A DNA stretch of 64,000 bases from Eubacteriales bacterium (GCA_045602385.1 JAZSBL010000010.1:18802-82801), one strand, 5' to 3'; counted from the stretch's first letter, positions 1 through 10,107 are shown. The notes: generated by a model from the letters alone, not told the origin. Translations and numbers: made by a program.

Positions 1-49
1 ACTCTTTATTCTATCCTATAATTTGGGTATATTATACGTCTTGTGGTGA

Positions 50-1066
50 ATGTTTATGTCAAAATTCAAAAGAAAGATCTTAAAGGTCAGGCAGCCCCTG
101 CTTGATAAACTGATTTGCGAATATATTTCGGGACACGCGCCCTCGCGTTCATCGACCGCCGCCGCTTGCTCCGTCAGCACGGTGACCTCGGGAAAGGTAG
201 CAAACGCACTTACCGAGTGTGGGTTTATGGACAGCCGCGTGTTTTCAAAGGGTGAAGAGCGTCCCTCTGCTCACCTGCTTTTCAACGACAGATCTTCTGT
301 ACTGATATTTGACCTGTCCTCATCGACGTATAAAATGTGCGTGGTAAATCCCGGCGGTCGTATTCTTTTAAGTCTTTCCCACGTCTATGACCCCGAAATA
401 TCCTTTGAAGACAATCTCTATATCTTTATATCCCGCAACGGTCTCAAGCTAAAGCAGTCAAGACTTGAGTTTGCCGCCATCTCGGTATTATACGCTGACG
501 AGGGACAGAGAGAATCATGCTTTTTACCATCCGTCAAAATAAGCGACTACGTAAATAGCGTAATATACACCATTTTAGGCAAGCGAGTTACTTCAAATCT
601 TACGGTATCATCTGCTATAGGAGAGGCGGTACGATTCAAGGCAATAGAGCTTGATAATTCCCATGGCGGCATTTCATCAATATTTATAGGAAGCCGTATT
701 TCTTCTTTCCATGTATATCCGAGCGGATCCGTAACGGTATGCTCTCCCGAAAGTGTTATACCCCGTGAGGAGCTGCCTGATACCGTCGGTCTTCGCTTTA
801 TATCGAAGGAAAAGACGGATCTTTTGTTCATTCGCATTGCGGACTTTATGGCTGCCGCATTTACGCCGTCGGTTTTACTGCTTGGATCAGATATCCTTTC
901 TCCCGACAATGAAACTGCCGACAAGATCTATCGCAAATTTATCCTTACAGGTCGCCCCGTGCCGGTCATATACACCAGAAACGAAAGTTTTCCTCTTGAA
1001 TATATCGGCGCGTCCCGCTATACTCTGCTTTCGGTCATCAAAAAATACATTATTTCCGATACATAA
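50..1066 (+). CDS. hypothetical protein; weak ROK/ASKHA-like resemblance with an N-terminal HTH-like segment
   Basis: 338-aa ORF with ATG at 50, followed by a strong hairpin at 1073-1102. VLIFDLSSSTYKMCVV sits where ROK proteins carry the DxGxT phosphate motif, but the motif is degenerate. Confidence 0.35.
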   Translation: MFMSKFKRKILKVRQPLLDKLICEYISGHAPSRSSTAAACSVSTVTSGKVANALTECGFMDSRVFSKGEERPSAHLLFNDRSSVLIFDLSSSTYKMCVVNPGGRILLSLSHVYDPEISFEDNLYIFISRNGLKLKQSRLEFAAISVLYADEGQRESCFLPSVKISDYVNSVIYTILGKRVTSNLTVSSAIGEAVRFKAIELDNSHGGISSIFIGSRISSFHVYPSGSVTVCSPESVIPREELPDTVGLRFISKEKTDLLFIRIADFMAAAFTPSVLLLGSDILSPDNETADKIYRKFILTGRPVPVIYTRNESFPLEYIGASRYTLLSVIKKYIISDT

Positions 1067-1110
1067 AAAACATAGGAGAGTCGAGATTTCTCGACTCTCC
1101 TATATTTTAG
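1066..1110. terminator. bidirectional intrinsic terminator between ORF 50-1066 and rplS
   Basis: TAGGAGAGTCGAGA-tt-TCTCGACTCTCCTA perfect 14-bp stem (1073-1102), with T-runs on both strands. Confidence 0.8.
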
Positions 1111-1120
1111 ACAAAGAATA

Positions 1121-1468
1121 TTACTTTGAAAGATCTTCCTTAACCTTAGAAGCCTTACCAACTCTTCCGCGGAGGTAGTAGAGCTTAGCGCGGCGAACCT
1201 TACCCTTGCGGATAACGTCAACAGCTACTACGTTGGGAGAGTGGAGGGGGAATGTCTTTTCAACACCGCATCCGTAAGCGATTCTTCTAACTGTGAAGGT
1301 AGAAGAGATGCCGCCCTCGTGCTTTGCGATAACAGTACCCTCGTACATCTGAATTCTTTCTCTTGTACCCTCTACGATCTTGTTGTGTACACGAACTGTG
1401 TCACCAATGTTGAACTGGGGTATCTCTGTTTTGAGTTGCTCGTTTGTAAAAGCCTTAATAAGATCCAT
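1121..1468 (-). CDS. rplS: 50S ribosomal protein L19
   Basis: 115 aa; the translation [32 protein letters not shown]...RRAKLYYLR is typical L19. Confidence 0.95.
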   Translation of the reverse strand: MDLIKAFTNEQLKTEIPQFNIGDTVRVHNKIVEGTRERIQMYEGTVIAKHEGGISSTFTVRRIAYGCGVEKTFPLHSPNVVAVDVIRKGKVRRAKLYYLRGRVGKASKVKEDLSK

Positions 1469-1550
1469 CTTAAAAGCCCTCCTTCAAAATCCGGATGTTC
1501 TTGCGAGCATTGCAGCGGACCACCCTTAAAATAATGCGTTTTCACACGCG
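1469..1550 (-). promoter_or_regulatory. ~80-nt 5' leader of rplS (possible L19 autoregulatory leader)
   Basis: Lies between the consensus promoter (1557-1585) and the rplS ATG and contains short GC stems. The class assignment is not verified. Confidence 0.3.
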
Positions 1551-1556
1551 GAATTG

Positions 1557-1585
1557 ATTATACCATAAATCTTGCTTTTTTGCAA
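1557..1585 (-). promoter_or_regulatory. sigma-A type promoter for rplS
   Basis: On the minus strand, TTGCAA (1585-1580), 17-nt spacer, TATAAT (1562-1557). Confidence 0.6.
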
Positions 1586-1620
1586 GATAATTACAAAAAT
1601 ATTTGTGAACTAATTGTAAA

Positions 1621-3066
1621 TTATTCGGCAGTCGTTCCCTTTTTACGTCTCATTGAAACAAGAACGTCGCGGCAACCAAGGAAAATATCCTTTCCGTTCA
1701 TTACAATGCTAACTAAAAGCAATCCGCCCGCTACTGCGATTCCTTTAATATCACTTCCCCACACGGTCATCACCGCGGCAATCGCGGTTATAAGAAATGT
1801 GTTGATAATAAGCCTTATCGGGTAGAGCTTGAACGCGATAAATTTCTTCATGGTCAAGGCTCTTATTACAAATACCGCAAAATAGCTTATATAGGTTGCA
1901 ATAGACGCTCCTATCGCTCCGCCGAGGATCCCCTCGCTTGGAATAAGGATTATATTGAGCGCGATATTGAGCGCCGCGCCGATAAGTGACGTCCATAGGG
2001 ACATTGATGTCCTCTTGACGGTAAAATACGCGCTTCCGAGGAAGGTATCAAGCGCAGTAAACACCGTTGCCGCAGAGAGTATCGGTATGAACATCCATGC
2101 CGCAAAATAGCTTTCCGCAAAAAGAATTTTGGCAAAGATCTGCGCGCCCACGGCGAGCATTCCGCCGCCTGCAAACATTACCGCGATATAATACTTAAAT
2201 ACTCCCGAGTAAAACCTTGAGCAGGTGTCCCTGTCACCTGACTCGGCTACTGCCGAGAGCTTCCACGCGTCGTTGAATATAACGACGACGTAGGTCAAAA
2301 GCGTAGGTATTTTATATGCCGCGGCATATAGTCCGTTCATCTCGTCCGAGCAGAAGTATGCGACCATATATCTATCCGACACGCCCGTGATCCACCAGAA
2401 TACCGTTGACGGTATCAGCGGCAGGCAGAAACGCAAAAGGTCCTTCAATATTGCCTTATCGATCTTCTTGGGCATAAAGGCGCGATAAAGCCTTGCCGTG
2501 AATACAAGGAAGATTGTGGAGAGAAAATCCGCCAACACTATTGACAGAACGTAACCGTTTATGCCCATATTGAATCCGACAAGGAACAGAATATTGAGCA
2601 GTACCGTAAGCATGGTGTTAAGCACACCCTGTCCTGCAAAAAGCTTGGTCCTTCCTATCGCGCAGACGTACTGGGAGCAGACCGAATGTATATTTGACGC
2701 CAACACGTAAAGTATGATAAGCCAGATATAATCGGTAAAGTACTTAATGAGATTAAGAAGCGGTGAGAGCGCCAGAAATACCGCTCCGCCAACAAGCATG
2801 AGCAATACACCGTTGGTAAAAAAGGCTTCCTTATCTACGTTTTTCTCTGCCGCGCCGCGGAATATTCCCTCACTTACTCCAAGACAGGCTATCGGGATAA
2901 GCAGATTGCAGAGATTAGTAATAAGGTCTGCGGTACTGTACTGTGCGCTTGTCAGATAGGACGTATAGAACGGGAGCATGAAAATAACGATAAGCTTGGA
3001 TACAAACTTACCTACCGTAAATATTAAAGTGTTGGAAAACAGCTTCTTATATTTGTTCTCTTTCAT
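1621..3066 (-). CDS. MOP-superfamily (Wzx-like) polysaccharide/oligosaccharide flippase
   Basis: 481 aa, polytopic. The N-terminus KKLFSNTLIFTVGKFVSKLIVIFMLPFYTSYLT is typical of polysaccharide biosynthesis flippases. Confidence 0.7.
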   Translation of the reverse strand: MKENKYKKLFSNTLIFTVGKFVSKLIVIFMLPFYTSYLTSAQYSTADLITNLCNLLIPIACLGVSEGIFRGAAEKNVDKEAFFTNGVLLMLVGGAVFLALSPLLNLIKYFTDYIWLIILYVLASNIHSVCSQYVCAIGRTKLFAGQGVLNTMLTVLLNILFLVGFNMGINGYVLSIVLADFLSTIFLVFTARLYRAFMPKKIDKAILKDLLRFCLPLIPSTVFWWITGVSDRYMVAYFCSDEMNGLYAAAYKIPTLLTYVVVIFNDAWKLSAVAESGDRDTCSRFYSGVFKYYIAVMFAGGGMLAVGAQIFAKILFAESYFAAWMFIPILSAATVFTALDTFLGSAYFTVKRTSMSLWTSLIGAALNIALNIILIPSEGILGGAIGASIATYISYFAVFVIRALTMKKFIAFKLYPIRLIINTFLITAIAAVMTVWGSDIKGIAVAGGLLLVSIVMNGKDIFLGCRDVLVSMRRKKGTTAE

Positions 3067-3093
3067 GCGTCCACTTCCGTTTTATTTATTTTA

Positions 3094-3120
3094 CAAGGAA
3101 GCCCGTCAAGGGCTTCCTTG
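3094..3120 (-). terminator. hairpin terminator after yebC
   Basis: CAAGGAAGCCC-gtcaa-GGGCTTCCTTG, an 11-bp stem. The T-run is only moderate. Confidence 0.5.
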
Positions 3121-3135
3121 TTGTCGTTATTCGAT

Positions 3136-3870
3136 TTACTGTGCGGGGTTCTCCCAGTTGTGGTATACCTCAAGAACGTCGTCGTCCTCCTCAAGCTTCT
3201 CGATAAGAAGGCTCATGAACTTGATGTCGTCCTCGTTGTCGAGGTTTACGTATGTTGTGGGAACCTTTGTGGTCTCCGCAGACTCAAGGGTATATCCCTC
3301 CGCCTTAAGCGCGTCCGCGATAGCGTATACGTCGTCGGTGGTCGTGTAGATCTCGAAAACTCCGTCCTCACCGGAGAAGTCCTCAGCGCCCGCCTCAAGG
3401 GCAGTTTCCATAAGCTTATCCTCGTCGATCTCGCCGTCCTCGTCCATGATAACGATAACGCCCTTATCCTCGAACATAAAGCTTACGCAGCCTGTCTGAC
3501 CCATATTTCCGTGGTACTTGGAGAAATAGGAACGGACATTACCCGCAGTTCTGTTTCTGTTGTCTGTAGCCGCCTCAACGATAACTGCGATTCCCGCAGG
3601 TCCGTAGCCCTCGTATACTACCTCCTCGTATGCCTCTCCGCCGCCGCCGAGAGCCTTTTTGATGGTTCTCTCGATGTTGTCGTTAGGTACGTTGTTCGCC
3701 TTTGCCTTCTGGATAAGATCACGAAGCTTGGAGTTGGATGCGGGATCTCCGCCGCCTTCCTTAACCGCAACCGTAATTTCCTTACCTATTCTTGTAAATA
3801 CCTTGGCACGAGCTGCGTCGGTCTTTTCCTTTTTGTGCTTTATGTTAGCCCATTTGCTATGTCCTGACAT
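3136..3870 (-). CDS. yebC: YebC/PmpR family DNA-binding transcriptional regulator
   Basis: 244 aa; MSGHSKWANIKHKK...RDLIQKAKANNVPNDNIERTIKKA is the hallmark YebC N-terminus. Confidence 0.9.
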   Translation of the reverse strand: MSGHSKWANIKHKKEKTDAARAKVFTRIGKEITVAVKEGGGDPASNSKLRDLIQKAKANNVPNDNIERTIKKALGGGGEAYEEVVYEGYGPAGIAVIVEAATDNRNRTAGNVRSYFSKYHGNMGQTGCVSFMFEDKGVIVIMDEDGEIDEDKLMETALEAGAEDFSGEDGVFEIYTTTDDVYAIADALKAEGYTLESAETTKVPTTYVNLDNEDDIKFMSLLIEKLEEDDDVLEVYHNWENPAQ

Positions 3871-3909
3871 GTCTTTATATTCCTTTCAATTATTAACTTT
3901 GACCTGTAA

Positions 3910-5646
3910 TTATATACGCTCTGTCTTCTTTAAGCAGATAAGCGAGAACGCGCTTCCAAGCACGCTTCTTGCCGCCTCCGTAAGCTTTATTCTCGTCTGT
4001 CTGACCTTTTCGTCCTGCTCATTCGCGATACGGCACTCGTGGTAGAATTTGTTGAATGCCACCGCAACGTCAAGAATAAATCTTGTGATGACCGAGGGCT
4101 CGTAATCCCTTATAGCGGCGAGGACTCTCTCCTCGTACTGCGCCATAGTCTTAAGAAGCGTTGCTTCCTCCTCGGTGGTGATAACTATATCGTCCGAAAG
4201 CTCTACGTCCTTTACCTTTTCAAGCACCGAGCAGGTTCTTGCATAGGTGTACTGAACGTAAGGTCCTGTGTTACCGTCAAAGCTGAGTGCGTCCTCAAGG
4301 TTGAAGTTTATATCCTTGATGCGGTTATTTGTAAGGTAATAGAACACTACCGCGCCGACGCCTACCGCCTCCGCGATATCGTCTCTGCCCTTGAGGTCGG
4401 GGTTCTTCTCCTCCATGATTCCCTTTACCTTCTCTATCGCCTGGGCGAAGAGATCCTTCAAGAGAACTACGTTACCGGTTCTCGTCGCAAGCTTTGCGCC
4501 GTTGAGGGAAACCGTACCGTAGGGGATATGCACAAGCTGATCGTACCAATCGTATCCCATAAGCTCCACGACCTTGAACCACTGCTTGAAGTGGAGTATC
4601 TGCTGTGTGCTTGTTACGTAGATGCACTTATCAAAGCCGTAATGCTCTTTTCTGTAAACTGCCGCCGCGATGTCACGCGTAGGATAAAGAGTTGAGCCGT
4701 CGCGCTTCAAAATAAGGCATGGGGGCATTCCGTATTCCTCAAGATCAACGATAGACGCGCCGTCGTCGATCTTCATAAGTCCGCTCTCGCGGAGCTTTTC
4801 GACCTGCGCGGGCATCTTATCGGTATAGAAGCTTTCGCCCTTATAGCTATCGAACTCTATGCCGAGCTGCTTATATGTTTTTTCGTACTCTGCAAGGCTT
4901 ATCTCAACGAACCACTTCCAAAGCGCGATATTCTCCTCGTCGCCGATCTCCATCTTGTGGAATTCCTCTCTTGCCCGGTCTGCAAGATCACCTCTTGCGG
5001 GGATTCCGTTTTCCTCGTCGCCCTTGATGGTATTATTGATGCGAACGTAAAGCTCTACGAGCTTATCAATTCCGCCCTCCTCGATCTGCTCCTTATTGCC
5101 CCATAGCTTGTATGCAACGATGAGCTTACCGAACTGTGTTCCCCAGTCGCCGAGATAGTTGATGCCGATGCACTTATATCCCGCAAACTCGTGCAGTCTT
5201 TTAAGCGCGTGACCTATGACGGTAGTACCAAGGTGGCCTATGTGGAAGGGCTTTGCTACGTTGGGAGATGAGTAGTCGAGAACGACCGTCTTTCCCTTAC
5301 CCATATCGGGCGCGCCGTAGTTTTCCTTCTTTTCAAGTATCTCGGGAAGAATGTAAGCTCCGAGATATTCGTTTGATATCTTGATGTTGAGATATCCGTT
5401 TACCGCCTCTGCAGAGCCTATCGCTCCACCCTCAAGCTCCTCGGCGATCGTAGCCGCGATCTGAACGGGTGAGCGGCGAAGCGCGCGTGAAAGCTTAAAG
5501 CAAGGGAAAGCAAGGTCTCCCATGCCGGCATCCGGGGGATATTCAAGCATCGCAGCGATATCCGCGGCGCTTATTTCCGCGTCGGGATTGATCTTCCTTA
5601 CGCCGTCATATATCTTTTCGGCGATCTGTAATTTGATTTTTAACAT
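3910..5646 (-). CDS. argS: arginine--tRNA ligase
   Basis: 578 aa. Class I HIGH motif (PFHIGHLGTTVIGHAL) and a DALR-type anticodon-binding C-terminus. Confidence 0.95.
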   Translation of the reverse strand: MLKIKLQIAEKIYDGVRKINPDAEISAADIAAMLEYPPDAGMGDLAFPCFKLSRALRRSPVQIAATIAEELEGGAIGSAEAVNGYLNIKISNEYLGAYILPEILEKKENYGAPDMGKGKTVVLDYSSPNVAKPFHIGHLGTTVIGHALKRLHEFAGYKCIGINYLGDWGTQFGKLIVAYKLWGNKEQIEEGGIDKLVELYVRINNTIKGDEENGIPARGDLADRAREEFHKMEIGDEENIALWKWFVEISLAEYEKTYKQLGIEFDSYKGESFYTDKMPAQVEKLRESGLMKIDDGASIVDLEEYGMPPCLILKRDGSTLYPTRDIAAAVYRKEHYGFDKCIYVTSTQQILHFKQWFKVVELMGYDWYDQLVHIPYGTVSLNGAKLATRTGNVVLLKDLFAQAIEKVKGIMEEKNPDLKGRDDIAEAVGVGAVVFYYLTNNRIKDINFNLEDALSFDGNTGPYVQYTYARTCSVLEKVKDVELSDDIVITTEEEATLLKTMAQYEERVLAAIRDYEPSVITRFILDVAVAFNKFYHECRIANEQDEKVRQTRIKLTEAARSVLGSAFSLICLKKTERI

Positions 5647-5680
5647 TTATTTTAACCTCTTGTTTTTTTGCAACCTTGAT

Positions 5681-5709
5681 ATTATATCACACATATCGCA
5701 TGATTTCAA
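5681..5709 (-). promoter_or_regulatory. sigma-A type promoter for argS
   Basis: On the minus strand, TTGAAA (5709-5704), 17-nt spacer, TATAAT (5686-5681). Confidence 0.55.
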
Positions 5710-5728
5710 TACTAATATTAAATTTATA

Positions 5729-7402
5729 TTACTCGTTTTTATTTTCAAGCATATCGCGTGCCGCCTGTCTTTGCGATTCGGTGATACTTATACCGCCAAG
5801 TATTCGCGCCGCTTCCTCAATTCGCTCCTCGTATGACAGCTCTCTGATGCTTGTATACGCCCTGCCGTCTATCTCCTGCTTGGAGATCAGGAAATGGTTG
5901 TCCGCAAGCGTTGCTATCTGCGCGGAATGCGTTACGCATATGACCTGACCCGCTCCCGCGATCGAATGTAGCTTTACACCTATCTTTCGCGAGGTCTTTC
6001 CCGAAATTCCCGTGTCTATCTCGTCGTAAACCGAGCAGGTTACACCGTCTTTTTCGTTAAGAACGCTCTTGATTGAGAGCATTATTCTTGCCATCTCTCC
6101 ACCCGACGCGATCTCACTCATTGGCATGAGCGGCTCACCGGGGTTGGTTGCGACCATGAACTCTATCTTATCTGCGCCGTGAGAGTTAAGCTCGTCCGCT
6201 TTGCCGAGCGCTATCTCAAATACTACCTTTGGCATATCGAGATAGGATAGTACATCCACTATCTCTCGCGAAGCGTTCTTTGCCGCAGCAGTTCTCTTTT
6301 TTGTAAGCTCATCCGCTGCCGCGCGGGCCTTTTTCTCAAGAAGCTTTATCTCTTCTCTGTACTTCTCCGCATTCTCGTCGGACAGCTCAATGGAATCAAG
6401 CTCTGCTACCGCTTTATCCCTGAATGCGAGAATTGCCTTTATGTCCTTGCCGTAGCGCTTTTTGAGCGAGGATATTACCTCAAGCCTTGACTCGATCTTA
6501 TCAAGCCTTGCGTCTGCGTCCTCGGAGTCGATATCCGAGAGCGCCTTGACCTCGTCTGCAACGTCCGCTACCTCGTAGCTCATCTCCATGAGCTTTTCGG
6601 CGAGTGGGGCGGCATCGGGTACTACATCTGCTATCTTACCCAGCGACTCGGATGCGCGCGAGAGCATATATGCTACGTCACCGCCTCGCTCACCGCCGCT
6701 GAGCACTCTGTCTGCAAAATTTATGTGCTTATTGATTTTTTCTATATTCTTAAGACGAAGCTTCTCAGATTCAAGCGCCTCTTCCTCTCCGTCCTTCAGT
6801 CTTTTGGAATCGATATCCTTGATCTGGTATTCAAGCATATCGCGCCTTCTCGCCTTCTCCTCTTCGTCGGTGTCTAGAGCGGAAAGCTTGCGCTTTGTTT
6901 CCTCAAGCGCGCGGTAGATCTCTTTGTATGTATCTCTCTCGCCCATGCACTCACCGTAGGAATCGACGAGGTCAAAATAGGCGTTTTTGTTAAACAGTAT
7001 CTTACTGTCGTTTTGTCCGTGGATGGAAATGAGCAATCTTGCCACATCGCGAAGCGCGGTGCGCGTGACCGTTCTGCCGTTTATGCGGTTTGCTGTTTTG
7101 CCATCCGCCGTGAGCTTGCAGCTGATTATCAGTTCTCCGCCCTCGGTATCTATGCCAAGCTCGGATAGCTTATCCGTGATCTCCTCCGACAAGCCGTCAA
7201 ATACCGCCTCCGAGATCGCATAGGCTTCGCCTGAGCGAATCACATCTCTTGTGACTCTTGCGCCGGTGAGCATATTTATACTGTCTATCATGACCGATTT
7301 GCCCGCTCCGGTCTCACCTGTAAGAACGGTAAATCCCGATCCGAAATCGATATCCGCCCGCTTGACAACGGCTATATTTTCAATATGCAGGCTTCTTAGC
7401 AT
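5729..7402 (-). CDS. recN: DNA repair protein RecN
   Basis: MLRSLHIENIAVV...GETGAGKS Walker A, a long coiled coil and a C-terminal signature. Start trimmed to ATG 7402 (SD AGGGAGGG upstream); the track ORF begins at a TTG. Confidence 0.93.
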   Translation of the reverse strand: MLRSLHIENIAVVKRADIDFGSGFTVLTGETGAGKSVMIDSINMLTGARVTRDVIRSGEAYAISEAVFDGLSEEITDKLSELGIDTEGGELIISCKLTADGKTANRINGRTVTRTALRDVARLLISIHGQNDSKILFNKNAYFDLVDSYGECMGERDTYKEIYRALEETKRKLSALDTDEEEKARRRDMLEYQIKDIDSKRLKDGEEEALESEKLRLKNIEKINKHINFADRVLSGGERGGDVAYMLSRASESLGKIADVVPDAAPLAEKLMEMSYEVADVADEVKALSDIDSEDADARLDKIESRLEVISSLKKRYGKDIKAILAFRDKAVAELDSIELSDENAEKYREEIKLLEKKARAAADELTKKRTAAAKNASREIVDVLSYLDMPKVVFEIALGKADELNSHGADKIEFMVATNPGEPLMPMSEIASGGEMARIMLSIKSVLNEKDGVTCSVYDEIDTGISGKTSRKIGVKLHSIAGAGQVICVTHSAQIATLADNHFLISKQEIDGRAYTSIRELSYEERIEEAARILGGISITESQRQAARDMLENKNE

Positions 7403-7435
7403 AACACGCCCTCCCTTCGCTGATTTTTGTGTCAA

Positions 7436-7894
7436 TTAAAGCGCGATAACGCTCTTGAATTTCTCCGCAGTTGCAAGTGCCGCGTCGTTATCGGGGGTTA
7501 TTACGATGATAGTATCATCGCCCGCAACGCTGCCGAGTATATTATTATCCGGCATGCGGTCGATAAAGGTTGCAACCGCCCCCGCCATACCCGGTGTTGT
7601 CCTGAACACTACTATGTTCTGCGCACAGGTTATGCTTATAACCGTTTCAACTATCGGGTTTCTGAGTAAGCTTACGCCGCCCACGCCGTTCTTCGACATA
7701 CGGGATACAACGTATTTATATGAGCCTCCGGGGGTTGCTACCTTAACGAGATCAAGGTCCCTGATATCTCTTGATACCGTTGCCTGGGTTACCTTATATC
7801 CCTCCACGTTAAGCATATCGATAAGATCATCCTGAGTGTTTATCTCGTATTTTGTGATAAGCTCAATGATTTTTTCCTGTCTTCCCTTTTTCAT
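7436..7894 (-). CDS. argR: arginine repressor ArgR/AhrC
   Basis: 152 aa; KGRQEKIIELI...VTQATVSRDIRDL wHTH and a C-terminal GTIAGDDT-like motif (SVAGDDTIIV). The argR-recN adjacency matches Bacillus. Confidence 0.9.
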   Translation of the reverse strand: MKKGRQEKIIELITKYEINTQDDLIDMLNVEGYKVTQATVSRDIRDLDLVKVATPGGSYKYVVSRMSKNGVGGVSLLRNPIVETVISITCAQNIVVFRTTPGMAGAVATFIDRMPDNNILGSVAGDDTIIVITPDNDAALATAEKFKSVIAL

Positions 7895-7910
7895 TCTTCA
7901 TCTCCGAATT

Positions 7911-8798
7911 TTATTTAATATCATTCATTTTTTGTCTGAGTCTGTCGTAAAAGCTATACTCGTTAAGTCTTATAAAGCTGGTAACGAGCGGTGATCGGGT
8001 AACCTTTATTCTCTCGCCTATCGCAAGCTCGTAATTCACTCTTCCGTCAACGGTCAAAAAGAGAGTTTTTTCTCGCGGGCAATTGTTCTTTATCTCGATA
8101 TTCGCGCTGTCCGAGAAGATAAGCGGTCTGGCGGTCAAGGAATGGGGGCATATGGGAGTGACGCAAAGACAATTCAGTCTTGGGTCAACTATTGCGCCTC
8201 CCGCCGCAAGCGAATATGCGGTCGAGCCCGTAGGAGTTGAGATTATCATACCGTCCGAACGGTAATTTCCTATTGAAACTCCGCCCTCGTATAGCTCTGT
8301 ATCAACTATTCTTGAAATTGAACCGTTTGAAAGCACCGCGTCGTTAAGCGCGTATTCGTTCTTTCTTACACTTCCCTCTGTATTGATGATCTCAATGTTT
8401 ATCATCGAGCGTGTTTCGATCCTGTAATCTCCCGAAACGATCCTCTCAAGCTTGTCTATCTCGCCAAGCTCAAGCTCCGCCATATATCCGAGTCTGCCGA
8501 GGTTAAGACCGAGTATATAGGTGCCGTGGGGTGCGGCGCGTCGCGCCGACTCCAGTATCGTTCCGTCACCGCCGAGAACGATCACCGCGTCAACGGCACT
8601 ATACGCCTCCTCAGCCTGAAGATAAGTAAACTCTATCTTGTTTTTATTGTGTCTGTAAAGTCTGTCCTTATTATAGAAAAGCGTACATATCTCACAACCG
8701 AGCCCCTTGAGCTTTTCGGCAACTCGCACAGCCGCGTTTGCCTTGTCATATATGTTGAAATTTGTGATTATAAGTACCTTCTTAATGGGTCTTTCCAT
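7911..8798 (-). CDS. nadK: NAD(+) kinase
   Basis: 295 aa; GGDGT motif (VLGGDGTILE) and the NadK C-terminal fold motif TPTGSTAYSLAAGG. Confidence 0.9.
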   Translation of the reverse strand: MERPIKKVLIITNFNIYDKANAAVRVAEKLKGLGCEICTLFYNKDRLYRHNKNKIEFTYLQAEEAYSAVDAVIVLGGDGTILESARRAAPHGTYILGLNLGRLGYMAELELGEIDKLERIVSGDYRIETRSMINIEIINTEGSVRKNEYALNDAVLSNGSISRIVDTELYEGGVSIGNYRSDGMIISTPTGSTAYSLAAGGAIVDPRLNCLCVTPICPHSLTARPLIFSDSANIEIKNNCPREKTLFLTVDGRVNYELAIGERIKVTRSPLVTSFIRLNEYSFYDRLRQKMNDIK

Positions 8799-8824
8799 GA
8801 TATAGCCCTTCTTTTTTGATGTAG

Positions 8825-9604
8825 TTATCTCTTAGAGATCTCTCTGATCCCCATTTTATCATTTTTATTTTCAACCGGCTCGCCTACCCTTACAAAGCAT
8901 GCGAGATATTCGCGGTTGCCATCCCCACCCTCTATGGGGGATGGGATAACACCTTGCGCGCAAAGTCCGTGCAGTCCGGCAGATTCAAGCACGCGCAATA
9001 TTGCCGCCTCTCTGTCCTTTGCGTCCTTAACGATACCCTTTTTACCAAGCGCCTGCTTGCCCGCCTCAAACTGCGGCTTTATAAGCGAAATATAGACTCC
9101 GCCCTCCCGAAGTGTCCTTGCTACTCCGCCGTGCAAGAGCGTTTGAGATATAAACGATACGTCCATGACGGCTATGTCGAAAACACCAAAGTCCTCCGCC
9201 TTGAGCTCACGGGCGTTATATCCCTCGATATTGGTAACTCTTTCGTCCTCCGCTATCTTGGCGTGGAGCTGTCCTCTGCCCGAATCGACACAATAAACGC
9301 TTGCCGCGCCGTTCTGCAAGAGGCAATCTGTAAATCCGCCTGTCGAAGCCCCGACGTCGATGCATCTTTTGCCTGCAACGTCAATATTGAACGCCGCAAG
9401 TGCCGCCTCAAGCTTAAGTCCGCCGCGGCTGACGTATTTATCGGTCTCTGTTATCTCTACCGTATGCTCCTCGCCCCATATCTCCTCAGAGGCCTTTTTG
9501 ACTGTCTTTCCGTCGACAAGCACCTTGCCCTCCGAGATAAGCCTCGCGGCGCGAGTTCTGCTCTCAACAAAGCCGTATACGGTCAGAAAGCTGTCCGCTC
9601 TCAT
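8825..9604 (-). CDS. tlyA: TlyA family rRNA (cytidine-2'-O)-methyltransferase
   Basis: 259 aa; N-terminal S4 domain (RADSFL...SRTRAARLI) plus an FtsJ-like methyltransferase (DVGASTGGFTD). Confidence 0.85.
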   Translation of the reverse strand: MRADSFLTVYGFVESRTRAARLISEGKVLVDGKTVKKASEEIWGEEHTVEITETDKYVSRGGLKLEAALAAFNIDVAGKRCIDVGASTGGFTDCLLQNGAASVYCVDSGRGQLHAKIAEDERVTNIEGYNARELKAEDFGVFDIAVMDVSFISQTLLHGGVARTLREGGVYISLIKPQFEAGKQALGKKGIVKDAKDREAAILRVLESAGLHGLCAQGVIPSPIEGGDGNREYLACFVRVGEPVENKNDKMGIREISKR

Positions 9605-10089
9605 GCAAACACTCCAAATGCGGGAATAAGCGACATAAGAAGCGCAACGACAAGTCCTACTGCCGCGCCTGCGTATACCTGCAACGGAGTATGTCCCGCA
9701 AGCTCACTGAACGCCTTTTGTGTATGCTCTACGTCCTTAGACTCCAAAAGCTCCTTGAAAATCATGTTGAGTGCCTTCGCATGCTCTCCGACCTGCCGTC
9801 TCATTCCCATAGCGTCTCTTATTACTACCATGGCAAGGATAAAGCTTATTGCAAAATACCCCGATCCAAGTCCGTATTTAACACCGCAGGAGGTGAGAAG
9901 TCCGATTACCGCCGCAGTGTGCGACGAAGGCATTCCACCCGTTCCGAAAAGAAACTCGGTTACGGTAAATTTCTTTATTTTGAATATACCGGTTATCGCC
10001 TTAAGTATCTGGGCGACTACCCAGCCTGTTCCCGCGCTGACAAGACAGTAGTTTGTCGCCATGTCGCGCAATGCATTTAAAAATTCCAT
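9601..10089 (-). CDS. divergent PAP2 family membrane protein (YuiD-like)
   Basis: 162 aa membrane protein; GMPSSHTA motif. Overlaps the tlyA start by 4 nt (ATGA). Confidence 0.7.
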   Translation of the reverse strand: MEFLNALRDMATNYCLVSAGTGWVVAQILKAITGIFKIKKFTVTEFLFGTGGMPSSHTAAVIGLLTSCGVKYGLGSGYFAISFILAMVVIRDAMGMRRQVGEHAKALNMIFKELLESKDVEHTQKAFSELAGHTPLQVYAGAAVGLVVALLMSLIPAFGVFA

Positions 10090-10107
10090 TTTATAAATTC
10101 CTTTATC

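Noticed and set aside
3118-3867. 249-aa plus-strand ORF, plus similar long ORFs at 8954-10051, 26064-26846, 40881-41600, 43370-44017, 46291-46974, 49634-50419 and 63215-63706.
   Set aside because: All lie antisense to, or out of frame within, confidently identified conserved genes (yebC, tlyA/PAP2, mazG, pgi-region genes, dacB, uvrA, uvrB, yajC). Their translations are low-complexity or Arg/Ser/Leu-rich with no recognisable motifs, so they are shadow ORFs.
5647-5728. Possible T-box leader upstream of argS.
   Set aside because: Only 82 nt separate argS from recN, and a consensus promoter occupies much of that gap. There is no room for a ~200-nt T-box, and no terminator/antiterminator pair is visible.
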